A stretch of 43,908 nt of DNA from an uncultured bacterium. Lineage in GTDB: Bacteria; Omnitrophota; Omnitrophia; Omnitrophales; Aquincolibacteriaceae. The notes below the pieces were generated by a model that saw only the letters and a list, made by a program, of their open reading frames with translations, ran no database searches and had not been told where the DNA came from. Numbering within the stretch: the stretch's first letter is position 1; every line of letters starts with the position of its first letter. The position numbers and the translations under genes are program-made. The DNA is taken from NCBI GenBank assembly GCA_964422635.1, contig CAYRBY010000009.1:1-43908 (forward strand), given 5' to 3'. Below, in pieces: positions 10,820 through 19,172 of the stretch.

Positions 10820-12615
10820 GACTCGCGCTGAATCTGTTCCATCGCGGACTGAATTTTTAAGCGTATAAGTGCATTTCCCGTTTTCGCCGAAGCGTTCCCT
10901 AAGGCCCCATCAAATCCCAACCCTGCTTGATACTGCTCCCCTAACTTTTTGACCTCCTCTTGCCTGACTCCCTCGGGATAAACAGCCATAAGTTCAGAAG
11001 TATCCCGGATGCCGGCATGGGTTCCAATTTCGGAAAAAGACCTCCCTTGATCGATCAGCCAGGCCTTCTGCCGATTGTCAGAATAATAATCGCCGACATG
11101 AATGACTTGAACCCCTTCTTTTTCCCATTCCTGATTGAGCGTGGCGGCAACACGAGCCTGCCCCTGCTGATTTCCCCCGCTATCGCCCAAGAACAGGATC
11201 CGCTTAAACCCGTGCGCTTTAAAACTCCGGGCAGAGCTTTCCAGGGTGCTTTCAAATACCGATTCTGGAACACTGACGGTGCCCGCAAATCGCATATGGT
11301 CTTCGGGCGGTTCGATGTTCCCTTCAGGCACATAAGCCAAAACGGGGGCCACCAGAGCCCCGGTGATTTTTTCGGCAATTTTTCCAGCCGTGTAGTGAAT
11401 GATGTAGTTATGTTTTCCTAAAACAATATGGGGACCATTCTGTTCGGTTCCTCCGGTGGGAATGATCACGGTCACAACACCCGCATCAATCTTCTTACGT
11501 ACTTCCTGCCAGGTAAGATTCTCCAAGTAAACCGCTGGGTCCACCTTTTCGAGATCTGCTGTCGCTGCAAAACCAAGATAAATTCCCGGACAAACAAACG
11601 CCATGAGTAAAAAAACCACAAAAGCGCGCTTTAAAAACAGGGGCCGCCCGCCCTCTTTGAGTTGATGAAACGCGGAAATAAAAGGAGTCACGAATAGTGC
11701 CCGCACAGAGCTAAGTTTTTGATTCTCGATCGCGTTGATCCCGAGAGGAAAGGTTTCCTTACCGCTGGGGATGTAAAGAGTACCGAACAAACTGTCCCAA
11801 AAGGAGAAAATAAATCCTAAGTTTTTATCGTAATGCTTTGAAAGCGCACTGTGATGAATCTGGTGCTGCGCAGGGCTCACAAAAAGACGGCTCCAGAAAG
11901 GTCCGTAATCAACCCATATATGTGAATGCCTCAGGTTGTAGCCAAAAAAGTAATGGATGGCAAACAGAAGATTGATACCAAAGGCCTCTATCAAAAGTCC
12001 CTGTCCTTTAAAAAGGTGCTGCCCGACGCCTCCGGCTATTCCAGCCAAAAGGACACCGAAGCCAAAATTCAAAAAATTATCAACAGGATGAATGCGGTAC
12101 ACCGTCATCGGGTTCAGGACCTCTGCTGAGTGATGGACTTTATGGAACTCCCAAAGCAAAGGAATTTTATGCTGGAGATAATGGGACATAAAAATGGCAA
12201 AATCCATGGCCATGGCCATCGCTAGCGTAAATAGAAAACAGGCCGGAAGTGTGACTCTTAGAACGCCCTCACCGGGAACGCGCCATTCACTCAAAAGCGT
12301 CTGCACGCAATGCGAAATTGCGGGTGTTGCAAATGCAAATAAAGGAAGAAGCAAGATTGCCTGGAGAACGGTGTTGAAATAAAAAAATTTAAAATCCTGC
12401 TTCGCGGACCGGTGCCTGTAAACCTCTTTAGGAAAAAGGAAGCTCCAAAAGGAACCCTTTGAGGCCTCAGAATTTAAACCATCTTGGCGGCCGTTGCGGC
12501 GATAGATCCAAGCGGCAATGATCAAGGCCCCAAGAACGTAGCCCCAATAGATCCTTTCGGATTTCAAAAAAGGATAGGCTAGAGGCATGATGGCTAAGGT
12601 CAGAATCTTTTGCAT
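10807..12615 (-). CDS. fusion protein: fatty-acid hydroxylase/sterol-desaturase-type membrane di-iron domain + TM helix + creatininase-family (creatinine amidohydrolase fold) domain
   Basis: 602 aa with GAGGAG upstream. The N-terminal half carries histidine boxes HYLQH, HKVHH and HQIHH among multiple TM segments. A TM helix (FVVFLLMAFVCPGIYLGFAA) follows. The C-terminal half resembles creatininase: IIPTGGTEQNGPHIVLGKHN, FAGTVSV, ILFLGDSGGN, GTHAGIRDTSELMAV. Confidence 0.8.
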   Translation of the reverse strand: MQKILTLAIMPLAYPFLKSERIYWGYVLGALIIAAWIYRRNGRQDGLNSEASKGSFWSFLFPKEVYRHRSAKQDFKFFYFNTVLQAILLLPLFAFATPAISHCVQTLLSEWRVPGEGVLRVTLPACFLFTLAMAMAMDFAIFMSHYLQHKIPLLWEFHKVHHSAEVLNPMTVYRIHPVDNFLNFGFGVLLAGIAGGVGQHLFKGQGLLIEAFGINLLFAIHYFFGYNLRHSHIWVDYGPFWSRLFVSPAQHQIHHSALSKHYDKNLGFIFSFWDSLFGTLYIPSGKETFPLGINAIENQKLSSVRALFVTPFISAFHQLKEGGRPLFLKRAFVVFLLMAFVCPGIYLGFAATADLEKVDPAVYLENLTWQEVRKKIDAGVVTVIIPTGGTEQNGPHIVLGKHNYIIHYTAGKIAEKITGALVAPVLAYVPEGNIEPPEDHMRFAGTVSVPESVFESTLESSARSFKAHGFKRILFLGDSGGNQQGQARVAATLNQEWEKEGVQVIHVGDYYSDNRQKAWLIDQGRSFSEIGTHAGIRDTSELMAVYPEGVRQEEVKKLGEQYQAGLGFDGALGNASAKTGNALIRLKIQSAMEQIQRESKTV

Positions 12616-12702
12616 GAACAGAGTTCTCCTCGTTTCGAAGCCAAAGCTCTGGCCAAATAACTTCGCAAAAATGCACTTCGGCAGATCTAGGGCCGCGAAT
12701 TA

Positions 12703-12738
12703 ACTATCGGCAAAGTCTGAACGGAATCAAACCTTTTT
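12703..12738 (-). promoter_or_regulatory. promoter-like conserved motif, copy B (upstream of the hydroxylase::creatininase gene)
   Basis: The minus strand reads AAAAAGG-GTTTGATTC-CG-TTC-AGAC-TTTGCCGATAGT. It has the same TTGATT-N16-GATAGT geometry as copy A and lies about 88 nt upstream of ATG 12615. Confidence 0.4.
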
Positions 12739-12753
12739 CGTTGGCAGGGAATT

Positions 12754-13203
12754 CTAACGGACGGCAGATTGAGGCCGGGAGAAATTATGGAGAAATTCGC
12801 AGATGTAATATTCCGTGAGACGGAGAATCCGGGAAAATGGTGTGCCCGCTAACATCCAGGCTAAGCAGGCGCCCGCAAGGTTGGAAAGAAAGTCCAAAAC
12901 TTCAGGCTGTCTATGAAGTCCCATACAGCTCTGGAGAACCTCGATAGTAGCCCCGATAAGGACCAGAATGAGTGAAATTCGAAGGTGATGCCGGCGGCGG
13001 AACAGCTGCACAGCATAAAGAGTTGCCAGGCAATATCCAAGGAAATGCAGCGATTTATCCCCCTCGCGAACCCCACCAGGAAGGGAATATTCAAAGTGCG
13101 ACAGTGCACGCGGGAGATGCGGAATTAGGGAATAATAAAAAATTCCAACCAATCCTGCGAACCCAAGGATCAGCCACAGCCATCTGGATTTTAGAGAATA
13201 CAT
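12754..13203 (-). CDS. VanZ-like membrane protein
   Basis: ORF 12754..13221. ATG 13203 is preceded by AAGGTGG. The product has four predicted TM helices and a DKSLHFLGYCLATLYA motif typical of VanZ-like proteins. Confidence 0.65.
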   Translation of the reverse strand: MYSLKSRWLWLILGFAGLVGIFYYSLIPHLPRALSHFEYSLPGGVREGDKSLHFLGYCLATLYAVQLFRRRHHLRISLILVLIGATIEVLQSCMGLHRQPEVLDFLSNLAGACLAWMLAGTPFSRILRLTEYYICEFLHNFSRPQSAVR

Positions 13204-13345
13204 GGAAACCACCTTGAACATCGGGGGGTGAAAAGCTAAGATGGGGGAACTTTACCTTACCTGACTTCAAAAAACAAATCTCAGGATGAGCGGAAGGCTT
13301 CATTGGCTACAAATGATTGAAACTGCTAGAAGACACTGGTGAACC

Positions 13346-13738
13346 TTGAATAAAGATGAAATCAAACTGCTACAGTTTTTCATTTGCCGGGAATTCACAG
13401 CGTCCAAACAGGATAGTTATATCGGTGAATCCATTCTGGGAAACCTTTATGTCCCCTCGTTCCCTTATCGCTTTGAACAGCTCTATGCAGTGACTTGTTG
13501 GCGGAAGGATAAAAAGTTTCACAAGGAAGTCATTGAGTACGAAACCGATGATGGGAACAAGATCCGAAGCCCGCATATGGACATCGAACCGATCACAAGC
13601 AGCGTTCTCTTTCGCTGGCACAAACACCGTTTCCCTTCAGATTTCCCTATCCAAAAGCCCTCTCATCTTACTGTTCGAGTGATTCTCGATTGGGAAGTTC
13701 TTTGGGAGTCCTATATTCTTATTGAGCAGCGGGCGTAG
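13346..13738 (+). CDS. hypothetical protein (beta-rich; possibly DUF6941-like)
   Basis: 130-aa ORF that can only start at TTG 13346, as there is no early in-frame ATG. The composition looks like real protein (LYVPSFPYRFEQLYAVTCW...DDGNKIRSPHMDIEP...LTVRVILDWEVLWESYILIEQ). The family assignment is from memory only. Confidence 0.45.
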   Translation: MNKDEIKLLQFFICREFTASKQDSYIGESILGNLYVPSFPYRFEQLYAVTCWRKDKKFHKEVIEYETDDGNKIRSPHMDIEPITSSVLFRWHKHRFPSDFPIQKPSHLTVRVILDWEVLWESYILIEQRA

Positions 13739-13955
13739 GTGCCGATGCTGACGCGGCCGATTCAGCAACACTGGCTGCAGTTGTTGGCGCAGCCGGCGCA
13801 ACGGCTTTGGCAGAGGGCGCAGCCGCTGGAGCTTGACGTTTTTGCACACTCACCTCTTCCGCTGAGACAAGATGCAGGGGATCCAAATTATCTTTCGCAC
13901 AACCACTTGCCATCATAAGAAGCACTAGAACCGCCCCAGAACCAAACCGTTTCAT
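13719..13955 (-). CDS. small Ala/Pro-rich putative lipoprotein
   Basis: ORF 13719..14021. ATG 13955 is preceded by a strong GGGAGGGA that overlaps the pncB stop. The product is MKRFGSGAVLVLLMMASGC (lipobox-like) followed by a low-complexity APAAAPSAKAVAPAAPTTAAS tail. Confidence 0.5.
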   Translation of the reverse strand: MKRFGSGAVLVLLMMASGCAKDNLDPLHLVSAEEVSVQKRQAPAAAPSAKAVAPAAPTTAASVAESAASASAPTPAAQ

Positions 13956-13965
13956 CGTTCCCTCC

Positions 13966-15402
13966 CTATTTAACCGCATGAGATTTTTCCAATTTTTCTT
14001 TTTTCCCAAGACGCTGGGCAATTAACTTTTCTTTAAGATGAAAGAGCTTTCCACTGACACCCACCCTGTAAATGTGCGGGTAATAAAACCTCTTATGCTC
14101 AGGCGGTAAAAGTGCCAATCTTGAGGCCGCGTACATACGGGCACTGGACACAGAAACGTCTTCTGAAACCACCCGCCCGCTGCGCATCAGGGGTTTTAAT
14201 AAAGACTCCCAAGAGAGTCCTTTCACAGAAGTACTGGCCAGCTGGTAAAACGGATGATAAACCTCTGTGATCGATTTTTCGGATGCAAGAAGAATCGCAT
14301 CCAGCAAAAACTCCCCGGAATGTGACACATAGCGATGAACCTTCTTCCTGCCCGGCTCATTCATTTTAGTCAAACTATCAGAAATCTTAATTTCCGAATG
14401 GCCGTCAATCGATGCCAGTTTATAGACCATGTCAAGCGCCGGCTCATCATAGGAGGTCGAAAGCTTGGTACCCACGCCGACACCGTCTATTTTGGCATCC
14501 TGACTCAAAAGGCTCTCAATAATATACTCATCCAGTGATCCGGAAACAAAAATTTTAACATTAGGAAACCCAGACTGATCGAGCTGGGCACGAACCCTTT
14601 TACTGAGATAGGCCAAATCTCCGCTGTCAATCCGAACCCCTTTGATCTCAATGCCCTCCCGACGCAGCGTCTTGAGAGCTGCCAAAAGATTCGGCATTCC
14701 GCTTTCTAATGTGCTGTAGGTATCAATAAGAAGCACAGTGTCTCTGCCATGAATGCGGGAAAACTCCAGAAAAGATTTCTTTTCATCACGGACAGCCTGA
14801 ATCCAGCTATGCGCTTGTGTTCCAAAAACAGGAATTCCATACCTCTTCGCGGAATATGCGTTTGAGGTCCCGTCAACTCCGCCGATATAGGCCGCACGGG
14901 CCGAACTGATTCCCGCCAGGCCCTGCGCCCTGCGTAATCCAAAATCAAGAACGCTTCGGCCGCGAGCCGCCTGTACAATGCGAGAAGCTTTGGTCGCAAC
15001 AAGGGAGGAAAAATGTGTCATATTAATCAGAATCGTTTCCGCGAGCTGGCAGTCCACAAGGCTTCCTTCAACCCGAACAATGGGCTCGTGAGGAAAAACA
15101 ACTTCGCCCTCAGCGACAGCTTCCATATCAAGCCGAAACCGAAATGTTTTGAGATAATCCAAAAAGCTTTTCTGAAAGCCCTGTTTCTTCAGATAGCTCA
15201 AATCGTCAAAGCTGAATCGAAATTCGGATAGCAGCTCAGCCACCTCACGCATACCGGTAGCAATCAAATAACCGCCTTTGAAGGGATTGCTTCGGTAATG
15301 AAGGTCGAAGACGGCTTTTTGACGATGCCTCCCTGTAAGAAAATAGGCTTGAGACATCGTGAGCTGATAAAGATCAGTATAAAGCGGTGAAAGTCCCTGC
15401 AT
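13966..15402 (-). CDS. pncB: nicotinate phosphoribosyltransferase
   Basis: 478 aa. The N-terminus LYTDLYQLTMSQAYF and the length are typical of NAPRTase. Confidence 0.9.
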   Translation of the reverse strand: MQGLSPLYTDLYQLTMSQAYFLTGRHRQKAVFDLHYRSNPFKGGYLIATGMREVAELLSEFRFSFDDLSYLKKQGFQKSFLDYLKTFRFRLDMEAVAEGEVVFPHEPIVRVEGSLVDCQLAETILINMTHFSSLVATKASRIVQAARGRSVLDFGLRRAQGLAGISSARAAYIGGVDGTSNAYSAKRYGIPVFGTQAHSWIQAVRDEKKSFLEFSRIHGRDTVLLIDTYSTLESGMPNLLAALKTLRREGIEIKGVRIDSGDLAYLSKRVRAQLDQSGFPNVKIFVSGSLDEYIIESLLSQDAKIDGVGVGTKLSTSYDEPALDMVYKLASIDGHSEIKISDSLTKMNEPGRKKVHRYVSHSGEFLLDAILLASEKSITEVYHPFYQLASTSVKGLSWESLLKPLMRSGRVVSEDVSVSSARMYAASRLALLPPEHKRFYYPHIYRVGVSGKLFHLKEKLIAQRLGKKEKLEKSHAVK

Positions 15403-15486
15403 TGTCTTATCCTATGGGAAGAAAAGGCTTTAAGATTTTTTTATTTTATCCGATCATTAGGGCACATCTCAACACGGATCTTTCAT

Positions 15487-15876
15487 TTGTCATCCGTTGA
15501 AAAGATGTTATGCTTAGGTAAGCTTCGATTCCCCTTCAACTCTTTCAAACCGAAACGATTTGAAATGCCGTTGAGACGCTTGATTAAACCCGTTCTTCTT
15601 ATGCTTCCTGTTATTTGGGTGGCGTTTGCTCTTGTTTGGAGCCACTACTCTCTAGCCCAAAGCCCTCTTTCTCCAAGCAGCCATCAGAATAACACTTCGG
15701 ATATTCCATCAGAAAATGCAATTCCCGTAAAAGCATTCAATGCCCCTGCTCATCCAGGACAGAATGCTGTTCAAGCTACTCGCCCTCAGGATGAAACGGT
15801 CCGCTTCCTGATGGGTGACGTCCTGGTTGAAGAAGGCTCAATCCAGCGTTACCTTTCCCGCAAACCGTCTCGCTAA
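15487..15876 (+). CDS. hypothetical membrane-anchored or secreted protein
   Basis: 129-aa ORF with an uncertain start (ATG 15565 gives MPLRRLIKPVLLMLPVIWVAFALVWSHYSLA/QS). No SD is seen and I recognise no family. Confidence 0.4.
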   Translation: MSSVEKMLCLGKLRFPFNSFKPKRFEMPLRRLIKPVLLMLPVIWVAFALVWSHYSLAQSPLSPSSHQNNTSDIPSENAIPVKAFNAPAHPGQNAVQATRPQDETVRFLMGDVLVEEGSIQRYLSRKPSR

Positions 15877-15881
15877 TACGA

Positions 15882-16265
15882 TCAGGAATTATTCTTTTTC
15901 GAAAGACACTGCTCGATAAAAATAAGCAGATTTTCACCGCTTGTGGGCTTGGTCAGGTAGGGATGTCCATGAAGGAGCTTCGAGTTTTTATCAACTTCCT
16001 GATAAACGCCTGTAAAAAACACGATAGGAATGTTTTTCAGCTCGGGATCTTGTCCCAGCTGATCTGCGACCTGGTAACCCGATACTTGCGGCATCGAAAC
16101 ATCCAGAAGAATGATGTCGGGTTTTACCGCCTTGGCGGTCGGGTAGCCCAGAGCGCCCTGATTGACAACATGAACCTCATAATCGCCCGCATCCTCAATA
16201 AAAATCTTGGTGATGCTCGTATAATCGGTTTCGTCGTCCACCATCAGGATTTTCTTCTTAGCCAT
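15882..16265 (-). CDS. stand-alone response-regulator receiver (CheY-like)
   Basis: 127 aa with GAGGAG upstream. Receiver residues are present: DD (VDDETD), the phospho-acceptor Asp in IILLDVSMP, T in FFTG and K in YLTKP. Confidence 0.85.
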   Translation of the reverse strand: MAKKKILMVDDETDYTSITKIFIEDAGDYEVHVVNQGALGYPTAKAVKPDIILLDVSMPQVSGYQVADQLGQDPELKNIPIVFFTGVYQEVDKNSKLLHGHPYLTKPTSGENLLIFIEQCLSKKNNS

Positions 16266-16349
16266 AGTCTCCTCAGATTTTGATGTTCATCGGATCAAGC
16301 TCCCGCTGCCTTGAGGGATTTTATCATTTCAGAATAGGCCTTCCTCGAC

Positions 16350-17141
16350 TTAAAAAGAGGCGAAATGGTCCACAGGCCCCACCCCGTGCCCAAACCCCGG
16401 AGCCTGGCGAATAGCTCGGTTAATAAACTCTTTGGATCTGCGCACAGCCTCCGCCAATTTCCACCCCTGGGCGAGCCCCGCAGTAATGGCTGCTGAAAAA
16501 GTACAGCCCGTACCATGAGTATGCCTTGTAGCAATACGTTCTGCCCGAAAAAAATGCCCCATCCCGTTTTCATAAAGATAGTCCGCAGCTTCACCTTCCA
16601 GATGACCGCCTTTGATCAGAACGGCCTTGGGTCCAAAAGCAGCAATTTTCCTGGCTATAGGCTCAAATGATGCGGTCCCCTCACAGAAAATCCCAGTAAG
16701 TTCTACGGCTTCCGGCAGGTTGGGCGTTACTAAATAGGCCTGGGGAAAAAGCTCCTGAAGAAGCACATCCTTGGCATCTCCTTGAAGCAGCGGTGCTCCG
16801 TGCTTGCTGATCATCACAGGATCCACGACAAGAGGAAAACGAAAGCTTCGGGCTGCCTTGGCTACCATCTGAATCATTTCCCTGCTGCCAAGAGCTCCTG
16901 TTTTTGCTGCCGCTGGTGGAATGTCAGAAAGCACCGCTTCAAGCTGACGGCGAACAAGATCTGCAGGAAGAATGTGAACATCCTCGACAGAACGGGTATT
17001 TTGAACTGTCACAAGCGTTATCACGCTCATTCCGTAAACCCCAGCCTGATGAAAGGTCTTCAAATCCGCTTGGACACCAGCTCCGCCCGAAGGATCAGAG
17101 CCGGCTATGGTTAAAGCAATAGGTCTCGTTCGTGTCTTCAT
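16350..17141 (-). CDS. thiD: hydroxymethylpyrimidine/phosphomethylpyrimidine kinase
   Basis: 263 aa. ALTIAGSDPSGGAGVQADLKTF and GTGCTFSAAI motifs of the ThiD/PfkB family are present. Confidence 0.9.
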   Translation of the reverse strand: MKTRTRPIALTIAGSDPSGGAGVQADLKTFHQAGVYGMSVITLVTVQNTRSVEDVHILPADLVRRQLEAVLSDIPPAAAKTGALGSREMIQMVAKAARSFRFPLVVDPVMISKHGAPLLQGDAKDVLLQELFPQAYLVTPNLPEAVELTGIFCEGTASFEPIARKIAAFGPKAVLIKGGHLEGEAADYLYENGMGHFFRAERIATRHTHGTGCTFSAAITAGLAQGWKLAEAVRRSKEFINRAIRQAPGFGHGVGPVDHFASF

Positions 17142-17210
17142 GAAGGGAAAGTGTACCCTGAAATAAAAAACTCTTCCAGCGTTTCAAGCTTCCCGTTATG
17201 ATGGAACTCC

Positions 17211-19169
17211 ATGCCGCTTTCTTTTGACTATCCTTTTCCACTGGATCCTTTTCAGGAAGAAGCCATTCGTGGTGTTCTTGATGATTCATCGGTTCTTGTC
17301 TCTGCTCCAACGGGAGCGGGAAAAACCGTCATCGCAGAATGCGTGATCCGCCATGCCCGAAGTCAAGGTTTGGGAGTTATTTACACGGCTCCCATTAAAG
17401 CCTTAAGTAATCAGAAATACCGGGATTTTAAAGAACTCTACCCTGGCGATGTCGGTATCGTCACAGGCGACGTTTCCCTCCAGCCCGATGCCCCGATTGT
17501 CATTATGACCACGGAAATTTACCGCAATTCTTTATTTGAAAATTCTGAACGCATCCGGCGAACAGGATGGGTTATTTTTGACGAAATCCATTATCTAAAC
17601 GACCCTGAACGCGGCACTGTTTGGGAGGAAGCTATTCTCTTTACTCCCGCTAACATTCGTATGCTCGCATTAAGTGCGACGGTGCCTAATATTCAGGAAA
17701 TGGCAGAATGGATGCGTCAGGTTCACGGCCATCCCATCAAGGTTGTAACAGAAAGCCGGCGACCGGTGCCGCTGAAATTTACATTTCAGTGCCAGGGCCA
17801 ATTCTTTGAGGAACGAAACGACCTTAAACGCTGGGGATACGGCGGAAGAGAACAATGGCAAAACGCTCATGGCCGGCACCGAGGGGCCCTGAGTCATAAG
17901 GTTAAACCCAACCGGGTCGACCATCTGCTTGAGGTATTGAAGCAAAAGGAGCATTTACCCTGCATTTACTTCGTTTTCGGAAGGAAGCGTGCTGAGTATC
18001 TTGCTGCGGAGGCAATGCTGTTTAATTTCCTCGGAAAAGAGGAAAGAAAGAAAATCCTCGCCCTTTATGACCAGCTGTTGGAACGCTACCAGCTCACCGA
18101 AGAAAAATCTGCCCACGAGCTCAGACCCTTGATCGAACTCGGAATTGCTTATCATCATGCGGGGATGCTCCCTAGTCTTAAGGAGGTCGTGGAGCAGATT
18201 TTCACAAGCAGGCTGCTGAAACTAATTTTCACGACCGAAACTTTTGCACTTGGAATTAATATGCCGGCTCGAAGCGTCATTTTCGATGAGTTACAGAAGT
18301 TCTATGGCACGGGTTTCAAAAATCTTACAACACGGGATTTTTATCAAATGGCCGGGCGTGCGGGGCGTCGAGGGATGGATGATTCAGGGTTCGTCTATAT
18401 GCGCATCAACCCTAATCACATTTCTCTTCCGGAGGTTAATCGTGTCGTTTATGGCGAACCGGAGCCCATTCTAAGCCAGTTCAACGCAGCTTACGCAACC
18501 ATCCTTAATCTTTTCAGGGCCATGCGTTACGGTCTCCTGGACATCTACCCCCGCTCCCTTCACTGCTTTCAGTCCTCAAATAAAAAGCAAAAGGAAGCAC
18601 GGCACCTTTTGGAGCGAAAACTGGCTTTGCTTCGAGATATGGGCTATCTGCAGAATGCTGGTTTGACGGAAAAAGGCGAATTTGCCGCGTCGCTCTTCGG
18701 CTACGAATTCATGCTCGCTGAAATGCACGAGGGCGGAGTTTTATCAACTTTAAACCCGGTACAACTTTGTGTTCTGCTTTCGTCTTTTGTTTTTGAACCC
18801 CGCAAGGATGCCCACGAGCCGCATCTTTCCCCTGCGATCAGAAAAATGGAGCGTCTGGCGTTGGAGTATCACGATGCTATTTACAGGAAGGAAATGAAGT
18901 ACCGTATTTATCCGCTGACCAAAGCTCCACATTTTCATATGGCACCTGTTCTGGAAGCCTGGGCACATGGTCAGGAGTTCGATAAATTATTTCGTCTGAC
19001 GACCGCTGATGAGGGCGAGTTGATTCGAAATATCCGAATGGTCATTCAGCTTTTAAGGGAACTGCATCATGCTGCGCACACCCCGCCGGCACTTGCCGCA
19101 ACGGCGCAGAAAGCGATTTCTCTGATTAACCGGGATATCGTAGATGCAGAAAAACAGCTGCGGGCTTGA
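17211..19169 (+). CDS. Ski2-like DExH-box helicase with DSHCT-like C-terminal domain
   Basis: 652 aa. Motif I is APTGAGKT, II is DEIHYL, III is SAT and VI is QMAGRAGRRG. The C-terminal segment EAWAHGQEFDKLFRLTTADEGELIRNIRMVIQLLREL resembles DSHCT. Confidence 0.9.
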   Translation: MPLSFDYPFPLDPFQEEAIRGVLDDSSVLVSAPTGAGKTVIAECVIRHARSQGLGVIYTAPIKALSNQKYRDFKELYPGDVGIVTGDVSLQPDAPIVIMTTEIYRNSLFENSERIRRTGWVIFDEIHYLNDPERGTVWEEAILFTPANIRMLALSATVPNIQEMAEWMRQVHGHPIKVVTESRRPVPLKFTFQCQGQFFEERNDLKRWGYGGREQWQNAHGRHRGALSHKVKPNRVDHLLEVLKQKEHLPCIYFVFGRKRAEYLAAEAMLFNFLGKEERKKILALYDQLLERYQLTEEKSAHELRPLIELGIAYHHAGMLPSLKEVVEQIFTSRLLKLIFTTETFALGINMPARSVIFDELQKFYGTGFKNLTTRDFYQMAGRAGRRGMDDSGFVYMRINPNHISLPEVNRVVYGEPEPILSQFNAAYATILNLFRAMRYGLLDIYPRSLHCFQSSNKKQKEARHLLERKLALLRDMGYLQNAGLTEKGEFAASLFGYEFMLAEMHEGGVLSTLNPVQLCVLLSSFVFEPRKDAHEPHLSPAIRKMERLALEYHDAIYRKEMKYRIYPLTKAPHFHMAPVLEAWAHGQEFDKLFRLTTADEGELIRNIRMVIQLLRELHHAAHTPPALAATAQKAISLINRDIVDAEKQLRA

Positions 19170-19172
19170 ACA

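Noticed and set aside
17142-17210. Possible TPP riboswitch upstream of thiD.
   Set aside because: Only 69 nt separate thiD from the divergent helicase gene. The conserved CUGAGA and ACCUGA...element of the THI box is absent on the minus strand.
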